Assembly: GCA_963806975.1 (NCBI GenBank)
Contig: CAWEAK010000022.1
Coordinates: forward strand, 513-64,512
Length of the DNA: 64,000 nt
From: an uncultured Spirochaetota bacterium
Lineage (GTDB): Bacteria > Spirochaetota > Brevinematia > Brevinematales > JAOACQ01
Direction of reading: 5' to 3'
The notes below the pieces were generated by a model. That model was not told the origin of the DNA. It did not search any database and worked only from the letters and a program-made list of their open reading frames with translations. Positions 10,747-21,822 of the stretch are shown piece by piece. The position numbers and the translations under genes were made by a program. Numbering within the stretch: position 1 is the stretch's first letter; every line of letters begins with the position of its first letter.

Positions 10747-11563
10747 GAGGCCTGTTTTGAGAATATCGCTTGAGCTGGTTCCAAGGGATAAGAACCATTT
10801 GATAGAAGATTTAAGGTATGCCCGCGAAAATATCCCGGGAATTGATACGATTAATATTCCCGACCTGCTGAAATTCCCGATTAGAAGCTGGGAGGGTTGT
10901 ATCTATGCGAAGGATTATTTCCGTAATACAATTCCTCATATAAGAGCTATAGATTATGAAGAAGAAAATAAACTTTGTCGGCTGGTAGACTTTTTGATAA
11001 AAAATGAAATAGAAGAAATATTGATCATCCGGGGCGATGTATCTCCGGATTTACGAGGTACTATTAACCCCGGAGCTTCTCTGGAACTAATAAAAAAAAT
11101 AAAAAGTGAGATCAGGGATATTAAAATATACGCCGCAGTTGATCCATACAGAAATGAAATCAAAAAAGAGATGGATTATTTAAAAGAAAAAATAGACGCC
11201 GGCGCTGATGGATTTTTTTCTCAGCCTTTTTTTGATCTGAGGCTCCTGGAGATTTACGCCGATGCTTTACGGGGTTTTTCTGTTTTTTGGGGAGTTTCCC
11301 CGGTAATTACAAAAAAATCCCGCGAATACTGGGAATCACGCAATAGAGCTTATTTTCCCACTCATTTTGAGTCCACAATGGAATGGAATATCCTTTTCGC
11401 AAGAAAAGTCATCCGGTTTTGTGAAGAAAACGGCTTTAATCTCTATTTTATGCCGATCCGTGTGGATTTAAGAATGTATTTAAATGGTATTTTTAATAAG
11501 CATGCCCCTTCGTTATACTCAGGACAAGCTGCCTACCACAGGCAAAACATCCTTACTTTATAA
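10721..11563 (+). CDS. metF: Methylenetetrahydrofolate reductase
   Basis: ISLELVPR, IPHIRAID, RGD, KIDAGADGFFSQPFFD; last ~20 codons run through a repeat copy. Confidence 0.85.
   Translation: MKLKELKNKRPVLRISLELVPRDKNHLIEDLRYARENIPGIDTINIPDLLKFPIRSWEGCIYAKDYFRNTIPHIRAIDYEEENKLCRLVDFLIKNEIEEILIIRGDVSPDLRGTINPGASLELIKKIKSEIRDIKIYAAVDPYRNEIKKEMDYLKEKIDAGADGFFSQPFFDLRLLEIYADALRGFSVFWGVSPVITKKSREYWESRNRAYFPTHFESTMEWNILFARKVIRFCEENGFNLYFMPIRVDLRMYLNGIFNKHAPSLYSGQAAYHRQNILTL
11495..11532 (-). repeat. Dispersed repeat, inverted copy within metF 3' end
   Basis: Reverse complement gcagcttgtcctgagtataacgaaggggcatgcttatt matches the copy ending at 6086. Confidence 0.8.
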
Positions 11564-11752
11564 GGAGTTAGTCTTCCCTGAGTTTATTGAAGAATCGAGA
11601 GACTATCTATAAATGGTTTTATACTATTAGCTTTACTGCATGGATTGTTTAATAAAGAATCCTCGAAGGCAGAACCTCGAGGTATTAAAGTAAGAACAAC
11701 TGGAAGCATCCTCTGGTATGAGCCTGTCGAACCACAGATAAACTCCGAAGAG

Positions 11753-11809
11753 CTGCGAGGAATTACACCAGGGTCAAACAGCTTGCCCTGATTAAGGGGC
11801 ACGCTTGTT
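11753..11809 (+). repeat. Dispersed repeat copy
   Basis: ctgcgaggaattacaccagggtcaaacagcttgccctgattaaggggcacgcttgtt. Confidence 0.85.
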
Positions 11810-11851
11810 ATTAAAATATAAATCTTTAAATTCTAACCAGGAGGTAAAAAA

Positions 11852-13253
<1,402 letters not shown>

Positions 13254-13321
13254 CGCAGCCAGACTTCGTTTTTAACAAACGCCAACCAAAGCGGATGTAA
13301 TATAACCTTCTTTTAATACCC

Positions 13322-13353
13322 AGGCCAGAGCCATCTGTGAAAGGCTCTGGCCT
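13322..13353 (+). terminator. Hairpin between convergent ahcY and MFS genes
   Basis: aggccagagcc / ggctctggcct 11-bp stem. Confidence 0.65.
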
Positions 13354-13443
13354 CTTAAAGAGGCAATTTTATTTAAATCGCGTACTTTATTAAGTTTGTC
13401 TTCAGTTACATTCTTTTCTTTCGGTATTCTAAATTAAAAATAT

Positions 13444-14731
13444 TTATGATTTAATCAAACCTAATTTTTTATATATTGGATTAATATTTTTCCTGAATAC
13501 AGGCATACGTATCTGAAATAATATGCCTCCTGCAAGGCAAAAAATACCGCATATTAAAAGTGTAAGCTGGACGCCTATACGGCTTGATATACTTCCTACC
13601 AGAAGACTGCCGAAAGGCCCCATACCCATAAATGCCATAGTATAAAGACTCATAACTCTTCCCCGTTTATCTTCATCAACAATAGTTTGAATTATTGTGT
13701 TGCAGGATCCAATCAAAAAAATCACACCAAAACCTATAAACAATAGAACGAACATTGACAACAAGAAGTTTTTAGAAAAAGAAAATACAATCAAACTTAC
13801 ACTGAAAATGAATGCGAATACAGGTATCCTGCTACCAAGACCAAGGGCGTTTTTCCTTGAGGCGAGGAATAACGCTCCGGTAAAAGCTCCGATTCCTGCG
13901 CTTCCCAATAAAAACCCAAGGGTATGAGCGCCTCCATGAAGAATATCTTTTGCGACAACGGGCATAAGCACCGCATAAGACATACCCATAAGGCTGAAAA
14001 GAGCTATCATCATTATTATATAACGGATCGGCAGGAAATGAAAGGCAGTAGTAAAATCCTTCTTTAAGGTGGGTTATAACGTGAACATCCGTTTTAGTGA
14101 TATTCCTCTTTAAAATTCTCATTGAAAATAAGGCTATTATAACCGCTATATAGCTGACCCCATTTAATAAAAAGCACATTCCTTCTCCGAGTATGGCAAT
14201 TATAATACCGGCAATAGATGGGCCTACCAGTCTTGCCGCGTTGAACATTGCAGAATTCAGGGCGATGGCATTGTTTAAATCCTTTTTTTCTTCGACTAAT
14301 TCTATAACAAAGGATTGCCGGGTAGGGGTGTCAAAAGAGTTGACCAGCCCCAGGAAAAAGCTTAGAATTGCTATATTCCATACCCTGGCAAGCCCTGAAA
14401 AAACCAGAAAAGCAAGAAACAGCGCCTGCGTCATAGACAATATCTGTGTAACGATTAATACACTTCTTCTGTTGCGCCTGTCGGCTAAGACCCCGGCTAA
14501 AGGCGCTATGAAAAATGAGGGTATCTGGTTTAAAAAACCTATCAGCCCCAGCATAAAAGCCGAATTCGTTAGACGGTAAACAAACCAGCTCATAGCGACC
14601 TGCTGCATCCATGTTCCTATCAAAGAAATGCTCTGACCGCTGAAAAAGAGCCTGTAGTTCCTGTAGTTTAATGCGCGGAATACATTTTTTGCCCTTGACA
14701 AACCATTGCTTAAGTATTCATTAATACTCAC
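13444..14731 (-). CDS. MFS transporter (frameshift near 14045)
   Basis: NYRLFFSGQSISLIGTWMQ, GVLADRRNRR, ARLVGPSIAG, RGRVMSLY across two ORFs. Confidence 0.9.
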
Positions 14732-14812
14732 ATTTCATCCTGATATTAGATTTAGATTTGATTAAGAGAACTTTGTTCTCCTGCAATATGATACGTTGAA
14801 AAGTTAAAAACT

Positions 14813-16093
14813 TCAACAGGTATATTTCCCACAAAATCTGTAAAAATAAGTAAACTCCTGGTTTTTTATAGAAGTTAAAAGATAAGACATTTCTAAGTCG
14901 TCAGGATTAAAAAAATTATAAAAACATAATATATCGGGGCTTCTTATTTCAGTAAGTTTTATAACAACTGATGAATCATTACCAAAACCACCATTATTAT
15001 CACTGTCGATAATCTCGTAAGGTGAAGCCAGAACAGCATCCGCTCCCTCTTTCAAAAGAAAAGAGACAATCCCTTCAGAGTATAATCCGGTAACACAGCA
15101 GTTAAGAATTGCCATCTTGACATTTCCGCAGTATAGAATCTCATCTGTAAGGCTTCCCTGTAATTCTATTTTTCCTCTGTTTTCAACAATCTCTCCATGT
15201 CCCGAAAAATGAATGAAACTGGAATCTCTGAGATTTGTTTTATAATCGCTGAAATTCGATTCTGGAAAATACTCAACATTAAATCTTTTGTTTAAAATTT
15301 CCTTGATTTTATAAACTTCGTTTACGGCAGTTTTCATGGAAGAAGAATAAATCATAGTAAAATGATTCCCCGCCTTTTTACAGAATCTCTCAGAAGAAGG
15401 CATAAAATACCTCACAAGAATCCTGTCCGATAAAATCTCAAACGGTAAAAATAGGCTTGTATTCGACCAGAGTATTGACAGAAGTAAATATTCACTGCGA
15501 TTCCCTGTTATCGGAATCCCGGTTTTCTGAAGTAATTTTTCAAGAATTTCCCTCATAGCTGAAAAGTAACTCTGAATATCTTCCATTCTTTTATTTTTAA
15601 TGCAGGAATCAACCCCGTTTTTCATATTCAAAAGCTCTTTTTCAACTTTCTCATAGTCCTTCCAATCGAGATAGCTTTCTATGAAATCGTTTTTTAATGT
15701 ATCTGCGTATATGAAACGCAAATAAAATCCCTTTTTCGCCTTTATGTTCAATAAAACAGGTTTATTCTTAAGAGCCCGGCTTAATAGCGGCAGTTTTTTA
15801 AGGAAATCCTCTTCAAAAAAAACCTTGCTCCCATTGCCAAAAATACAATTTGATATTCTAATATCAGTATAACCTTCAAAATCTTTTTCAACGGTTAGCC
15901 TGGAAGAATTATCTGTAATGACTTCACTTTGTTTTATTTGATTAATTGAAAAATCTTCCCTATCAAAAAGAGCAATCCTTCCATCTTCTTTTACCGTTTC
16001 AATCTCTTCCCGGGTAATATCCACAAGCCTTATATGATTTCCATCAATTGCTTGCCAATTATTGTTAAGGCAGAGCATCTTTTCTCCTGTCAC
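14813..16093 (-). CDS. CHAT (caspase-like) domain protein
   Basis: LPFEIL, FIHFSGHG and AILNCCVTG match the CHAT His/Cys dyad motifs. Confidence 0.65.
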   Translation of the reverse strand: MTGEKMLCLNNNWQAIDGNHIRLVDITREEIETVKEDGRIALFDREDFSINQIKQSEVITDNSSRLTVEKDFEGYTDIRISNCIFGNGSKVFFEEDFLKKLPLLSRALKNKPVLLNIKAKKGFYLRFIYADTLKNDFIESYLDWKDYEKVEKELLNMKNGVDSCIKNKRMEDIQSYFSAMREILEKLLQKTGIPITGNRSEYLLLSILWSNTSLFLPFEILSDRILVRYFMPSSERFCKKAGNHFTMIYSSSMKTAVNEVYKIKEILNKRFNVEYFPESNFSDYKTNLRDSSFIHFSGHGEIVENRGKIELQGSLTDEILYCGNVKMAILNCCVTGLYSEGIVSFLLKEGADAVLASPYEIIDSDNNGGFGNDSSVVIKLTEIRSPDILCFYNFFNPDDLEMSYLLTSIKNQEFTYFYRFCGKYTC

Positions 16094-16974
16094 TGAGGGG
16101 ATTTTACAACAACTACCCTCGATTGATTTAAGAATCTCACAGTCCTTGGATTTGCGAATAATCTGGCGGCATCCTTATTATTTAATACAAAATATGTATT
16201 CATCCTGCCTGTAATGTCAAAAGGAATGGTATAAAAAACCCTTTTACCGCTTCTTGGGGAATTAAAAGCATAATTGAGACTTGTCGTATACTCACAGACC
16301 CCATATTTCTCCAGCGCATCCTTTGCAACGGTCTCAGGACCGTAGAGGAGAACGCCGTCCTCGTCAAATATCCTCATCTGTATACTTGGGTTAAATTCCT
16401 TGTATGTAATTGTATCGATAATCAAACCGTCATAATATTCCAGATCCTTAGAATCATTTTGAATATAATTCGTAAGTTCAACCTTTTCCAGATCCCTGTA
16501 AAATATATTTGCAATCCCATTCTTCCCGTAAAGGCTGAGCTCAACCATACTCAGGAATTGATTTTCCTTCTGGACAGCAGGATAATAAAATGCCCTGTCG
16601 GCATGAGTTATGATTTCATAACGAACATCGCTTTTCATAGAATAATAGTCTTTCAACAGAAAAATATCAGAAATTCTAACATAGCCCATTGCCTTAATTA
16701 ATTTTTGCCTTAGATCATCCCTTACCATAGAGTTATTATTGTCAATATATCTGCCGTAATTTACAGCCCCTTCGTCCATGGGAATATTAATCTCAGATAT
16801 TACCTTTCCGGTAGTCCAATTTATAAAACTGTCATATTCAGGTATTTCTTCTACAAGCTCGTTTTTTGTTTTTTCACCCTTATTCCATAACTGGCTGATT
16901 TTTATTGTCTGGGTAAAAATACCTTTTCCGGTTATGATCAATAATATAAGGATAATTGCTGTACCTTTCAGCAA
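16090..16974 (-). CDS. Exported hypothetical protein
   Basis: 294-aa ORF with signal-like N-terminus, INWTTG and YDGLIID motifs; overlaps CHAT gene by 4 nt. Confidence 0.7.
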   Translation of the reverse strand: MLKGTAIILILLIITGKGIFTQTIKISQLWNKGEKTKNELVEEIPEYDSFINWTTGKVISEINIPMDEGAVNYGRYIDNNNSMVRDDLRQKLIKAMGYVRISDIFLLKDYYSMKSDVRYEIITHADRAFYYPAVQKENQFLSMVELSLYGKNGIANIFYRDLEKVELTNYIQNDSKDLEYYDGLIIDTITYKEFNPSIQMRIFDEDGVLLYGPETVAKDALEKYGVCEYTTSLNYAFNSPRSGKRVFYTIPFDITGRMNTYFVLNNKDAARLFANPRTVRFLNQSRVVVVKSPQ

Positions 16975-17031
16975 GATTACCTCCTGTGATAATCAATATT
17001 ATCGGATTGATCTTCTTTTACTATACAAAAC

Positions 17032-17177
17032 TATTCATGGCGAGACTGCAAAAAGTACTTTTTGTGTCATTGCAAACGTCAGTGAAGCAATCTAATTTCT
17101 TTATAGATAAGCAGATTGTTTTGGTGCAATCCACCTCGCAATGACTATTATACACTTTTTGCAGTCTCGCTATTCAT
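17032..17177. mobile_element. Palindromic MITE-like element with 17-bp terminal inverted repeats and apparent TSD
   Basis: gcgagactgcaaaaagt (17040-17056) / actttttgcagtctcgc (17154-17170); inner gtcattgc...gcaatgac; tattcat on both flanks. Confidence 0.75.
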
Positions 17178-17494
17178 TTGAACTCTCTATCACCATGTGT
17201 CCGGTATATATATATTTGAAGAATCTTACAAGGCTTCTATAAGTTCTGTCCATGATTCAACAGTTCCATTACTGTTGAATGAGCAAAAAAGTAGTCTGAA
17301 TCAGGGTAAATCATTATTTACTGTCTGACTGCTTCCGAATTAATTTTTAGCTTACTAAAGATGAATTTTTGATTATTAATAAAGCAACTAAAAAGTGAAG
17401 AAATAAAGAGTAATATAAAGATTTTTATATGCATTTTTCTACATCCAGTCCGGATAATATTAATTCAAATTTAAAGAAAAATCAATGTTATGGT

Positions 17495-17551
17495 CTGTGT
17501 GGAATCATACCCGGATCAAGCAGTTTGCCCTGGTTAAGGGGCACGCTTGTT
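17495..17551 (+). repeat. Dispersed repeat copy
   Basis: cccggatcaagcagtttgccctggttaaggggcacgcttgtt. Confidence 0.85.
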
Positions 17552-17623
17552 GAAATAAGTTTGATTATTTATTAGAACCTGCTTTAAATCAGATCGGCTG
17601 AAAAATTAAACCTCCAATAAATT

Positions 17624-17652
17624 TTGACAATTAAGATTATTCTGATTAAAAT
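17624..17652 (+). promoter_or_regulatory. Sigma70 promoter of rpmF-fab operon
   Basis: TTGACA-N17-TAAAAT upstream of AAGGAG RBS. Confidence 0.7.
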
Positions 17653-17684
17653 ATAAGACTTTATCGTTTTTTAAGGAGAAAAAT

Positions 17685-17879
17685 ATGCCCGTTCCGAAAC
17701 ATAAAACAGCGAAAACAAAAAGCAGAATGAGGAAATCTGTCGGCTATTACAATATGAAAGCCCCCGGTCTTTCCACCTGTCCGAACTGCGGAGCAAAGAA
17801 ACTTCCTCACAGGGTTTGCATGAGCTGTGGTTTTTATAAAGGAAAACAGATTATTACTAAAGTCGTTAAGGAAGACTGA
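17685..17879 (+). CDS. rpmF: 50S ribosomal protein L32
   Basis: MPVPKHK, CPNCG...PHRVCMSCGFYKG. Confidence 0.97.
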   Translation: MPVPKHKTAKTKSRMRKSVGYYNMKAPGLSTCPNCGAKKLPHRVCMSCGFYKGKQIITKVVKED

Positions 17880-17901
17880 TTTTTAAAGGCTTAATTCTTT
17901 T

Positions 17902-18938
17902 ATGGGAGAATTCATGAGAATAGGTGTGGATTTAATAAGCGGAGAATCTGCTATAGAAGATCTGGTCAAAGGCTGCATCGATGCTGTTGATTGCTGTGAT
18001 GGTTTTGATGTGGTCGTCATTGGCAAAGAAGAAGTGTATAAGCCTCTTCTTCACCAAAAAAAGATAACCGGTAAAAGTAAAAATATTCACCGTATAAGTA
18101 TTATGGAAGCATCTGAAATAATCACAATGGACGATGATCCGCTCACTATTATTAAGCAAAAAAAGGATTCCAGTATTGTTAAGGGATTATATGCCCATAA
18201 AGCCGGAGAAATAGAGGCTTTTTTTTCGCCGGGTAATACAGGAGCAATTGTTGTTGCCGCATCATTAATTTTGGGCAGGGTTAAGGGATTAAAAAAGCCG
18301 GCATTAGCCGCTTTTGTACCGAATATAAAAGGGAATGCAAGTCTTTTTCTTGATGTTGGGGCAAGCGCGCAATGTGAAACTGAAGACCTTCTCAAATTTG
18401 CAGTAATGGGTAGAATTTATTCTCAGGAATTGATGGAGATTAAAGATCCAAGAGTGGCTCTGCTCAATATCGGCGAAGAATCTCATAAAGGAACATCCAC
18501 TATTAAAGCAGCCTATAAAAAACTATCCGAAATGAATGTTAACTTTATCGGCAACATCGAGGGGACACAATTATTATCAGATGACGCTGACGTAATTGTA
18601 TGTGATGGATATATAGGAAACATCGGTCTAAAAATAGCCGAAGGGGTTAATTCTTCAATTTCAAAAGTGCTTAAAGATTCTATAAAGAAAAGCATTCCTG
18701 CAATGTTGTCTTATGTGTTTTATAGAGGTGTCATTAAAGAATTAAAAGAAAAATGGATCCGGAAGCTCATGGAGGAGTACCCTTGCTGGGTATTAACGGC
18801 AATGTCTTCATAGGCCATGGGAAATCAGGAAGGGAAGCAATCAAATTCGGTATACTTAACGCGGCGAATGCCGTTAGAAGCGATATTCTTGGTAAAATCA
18901 ACCGGAAAATGGAAGAGTTAAACCTTGCCAACACTTAG
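17902..18938 (+). CDS. plsX: Phosphate acyltransferase PlsX (frameshift near 18750)
   Basis: SPGNTGA, LDVGA, LLNIGEE, VCDGYIGN, then GGVPLLGING..HG in next frame. Confidence 0.93.
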
Positions 18939-19024
18939 TAAAAAATGGGGCTTGTCCCAATTATCCCTTCTGCTCGAAAATAATTTATTTTCAATTGGTT
19001 ATTGGAATATATGGAGGTTTTCAC

Positions 19025-20008
19025 TTGATTAGAGCAAAAATTGCAGGGCTTGGTAAATATATTCCTCATAAAGTATTAACAAACCATGACCTAGAAAGGA
19101 TAGTTGATACAAGCGATGACTGGATTATATCAAGGACTGGTATAAAAGAACGCCATATAGCCGCTCTCAATGAGACTTCTTCGTCCATGGGGGCTGAGGC
19201 CGCAAAGCAGGCAATAAAGATGGCGCAGATTTCAAAAGAGGAAATTGATTTTATTGTATTTGCTACAATGACACCCGATATGCCCTTTCCAGCTTCGGCA
19301 TGTCTTGTGCAGGAAAAATTAAAGATTCCGAATGCCGGAACTACAGATATCGAAGCCGCTTGTTCGGGATTTATTTATGGACTTTCTTTAGCAAATGCAT
19401 ATATTGTATCGGGAATGTATAAAAATGTTCTTGTTATCGGTTCCGATGCTATGTCCAGAGTCTTGGACTGGAAGGATAGGAATACCTGCGTTCTTTTCGG
19501 AGACGGTGCCGGAGCCGCTGTAGTAACCAGGAATGATATTGATGAAAGCGGTTTTAATGGTTTTAAGCTCCATGGGGATGGAAGTTACAAGGATTTGTTA
19601 TATATGGATGCCGGAGGATCTCACAAGCCGGCAAGTCATGAAACCGTTATGCAGGAGCAGCATTACCTGCGAATGAAAGGAAACTCCACTTTTAAAGTTG
19701 CAGTGAAGGCTATGACGGAGATTTTGCAGGATTTGCTTGATGAAAAGAATATTTCTATAAATGATATAAAATACCTTATTCCTCATCAGGCAAATGCTAG
19801 AATTATATCGGGAGTTGCTGAAAGGCTTGATTTTCCTATGGATAGGGTCTTTATAAACCTGTCCAGATATGGAAACACAAGCTCTGCTACAATTCCCATC
19901 GCATTAACCGAGGTATTTGAGGAAGGAAAACTTAAAAAGGGAGATTTAATAGCCTTTGTTGCGATAGGAGGGGGATTTACCTGGGGAGCGAGTATTTTAA
20001 AATGGTAA
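19025..20008 (+). CDS. fabH: Beta-ketoacyl-ACP synthase III, copy 1
   Basis: AACSGF, FGDGAGA, PHQAN, YGNTSSA; TTG start after GGAGG. Confidence 0.95.
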   Translation: MIRAKIAGLGKYIPHKVLTNHDLERIVDTSDDWIISRTGIKERHIAALNETSSSMGAEAAKQAIKMAQISKEEIDFIVFATMTPDMPFPASACLVQEKLKIPNAGTTDIEAACSGFIYGLSLANAYIVSGMYKNVLVIGSDAMSRVLDWKDRNTCVLFGDGAGAAVVTRNDIDESGFNGFKLHGDGSYKDLLYMDAGGSHKPASHETVMQEQHYLRMKGNSTFKVAVKAMTEILQDLLDEKNISINDIKYLIPHQANARIISGVAERLDFPMDRVFINLSRYGNTSSATIPIALTEVFEEGKLKKGDLIAFVAIGGGFTWGASILKW

Positions 20009-20029
20009 TAATTTATATGGAGGGCGATC

Positions 20030-21013
20030 TTGATTAAAGCTAAAATCTCAGGGATCGGAAAATATATTCCCCATAAGGTTCTGACAAATCAAGACCTTGA
20101 AAAAATGGTGGAAACAAATGATGAATGGATAACTTCGAGGTCAGGGATTAAGGAAAGGCATTTAGCTTCACCGCATGAGACATCAATGACAATGGGAGTA
20201 AAAGCCGCGGAGAAGGCAATTGAAATGGCCAATATCCCAAAAGAGGATATTGAGATGATAATATTCTGCACCACTACTCCCGATTTGATCTTTCCTGCAT
20301 CCGCCTGCCTTGCTCAGGATAAACTGAAGATACCCAATGCCGGCACTTTTGATGTTGAAGCCGCGTGTTCCGGATTTATTTACGGCATATCAATGGCAAA
20401 TGCCTATGTTACTTCGGGTATGTTTAAAAACGTTCTTGTAATAGCGTCCGAGACACTTTCCAGAGTTACCGACTGGCAGGATAGAAATACCTGCGTACTA
20501 TTTGGAGACGGTGCAGGTGCTGTAATTATAAGCAGAAACGAAGATGACGATTCAGGTTTTCTCGGTTTCAGGCTTCGCGGAGACGGCAGCTATAAAGACC
20601 TGCTTTATCTTGAGGCAGGCGGTTCTTATAAACCGGCAAGCCATGACACTGTTGATAAAAAACTTCACTATATAAAAATGAACGGTAATGCGACTTTTAA
20701 GGTTGCAGTGCGGTTTATGGCAGACGTTCTTGAAGAGCTTCTGAAGGTATTAAAGCTGAAAACGGAAGACATTCATCTTTTGGTCCCTCATCAGGCGAAT
20801 ATTAGAATTATCAATAGCGTAGCCGAGAGACTCAATTTTCCGATTGACAAAGTGTTTATAAATCTTTCAAAATATGGAAACATGAGTGCCGCCACTATTC
20901 CTGTAGCATTAACTGAGGCTCTTGAGGAAGGCAGGATAAAGAAAGGAGACCTTGTTGCATTGGTTGCATTTGGCGGGGGTTTAACCTGGGGAGCAAGTGT
21001 TTTAAAATGGTAA
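20030..21013 (+). CDS. fabH: Beta-ketoacyl-ACP synthase III, copy 2
   Basis: AACSGF, FGDGAGA, PHQAN, YGNMSAA; TTG start after GGAGG. Confidence 0.95.
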   Translation: MIKAKISGIGKYIPHKVLTNQDLEKMVETNDEWITSRSGIKERHLASPHETSMTMGVKAAEKAIEMANIPKEDIEMIIFCTTTPDLIFPASACLAQDKLKIPNAGTFDVEAACSGFIYGISMANAYVTSGMFKNVLVIASETLSRVTDWQDRNTCVLFGDGAGAVIISRNEDDDSGFLGFRLRGDGSYKDLLYLEAGGSYKPASHDTVDKKLHYIKMNGNATFKVAVRFMADVLEELLKVLKLKTEDIHLLVPHQANIRIINSVAERLNFPIDKVFINLSKYGNMSAATIPVALTEALEEGRIKKGDLVALVAFGGGLTWGASVLKW

Positions 21014-21053
21014 GTTCTTTCAACTTTTGACTCTAATAGGAGGTGCCTTTAAG

Positions 21054-21800
21054 ATGGGAAAATTGGATAATAAGAATGCGATTGTGACAGGTTCTGCAAG
21101 GGGAATTGGAAAAGCAATAGCTATGAAGCTGGCCGGTGAAGGAGCTAATATCGTGATTGTGGACGTCAATCTTGAATCTGCTCAAGAAACATCAGGGGAG
21201 ATCGCCGCAATTGGAAGGAAGAGCTTTGCCCTGAAGGTTGATGTTTCAAATTTTGGAGAAATGGAAGCGTTGATAAATAAAACAAAAGATGAATGGGGCA
21301 GTGTTGATATTCTTGTGAATAATGCCGGGATTACAAAGGATAACCTCATTCTTAAAATGACTCCGGAAGATTATGATATGGTAATCAATATCAATTTAAA
21401 GGGCGTTTTTAACGGCATAAAGTCAGTTTATCCCGTAATGATGAAGCAGAGAAAAGGCAAGATCGTAAGTATCGCTTCAGTGATAGGCTTAATCGGCAAT
21501 GCAGGCCAGGCAAACTATGCCTCAAGTAAAGCCGGTGTTATCGCTCTTACTAAAACGGCTGCTAAAGAGCTAGCCGGTAGAAATGTTACAGTTAATGCGG
21601 TTGCCCCCGGTTATATCCAGACCGCGATGACCGATAAACTCCCGGGTAATATTAAAGAAGAAATGCTTAAGTTAATACCCTTGAAAAGAATGGGGCTGCC
21701 GGAGGATGTTGCTAAAGCTGTGCTTTTTCTATCATCAGAAGACTCTGATTACATCACAGGCCAGACTATTACTGTAGACGGTGGAATGGTAATGAGCTGA
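21054..21800 (+). CDS. fabG: 3-oxoacyl-ACP reductase
   Basis: TGSARGIG, NNAGIT, YASSK, VDGGM. Confidence 0.96.
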   Translation: MGKLDNKNAIVTGSARGIGKAIAMKLAGEGANIVIVDVNLESAQETSGEIAAIGRKSFALKVDVSNFGEMEALINKTKDEWGSVDILVNNAGITKDNLILKMTPEDYDMVININLKGVFNGIKSVYPVMMKQRKGKIVSIASVIGLIGNAGQANYASSKAGVIALTKTAAKELAGRNVTVNAVAPGYIQTAMTDKLPGNIKEEMLKLIPLKRMGLPEDVAKAVLFLSSEDSDYITGQTITVDGGMVMS

Positions 21801-21822
21801 ATAATTGGAAGGAGGTTATGAT

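Noticed and set aside
11564..11851. SAM or SAH riboswitch upstream of ahcY
   Set aside because: No convincing SAM-I core found; the spacer is explained by repeat elements and a protein regulator heads the operon.
17255..17280. 10-bp hairpin attcaacagt/actgttgaat
   Set aside because: Short, AT-rich and isolated; no function can be assigned.
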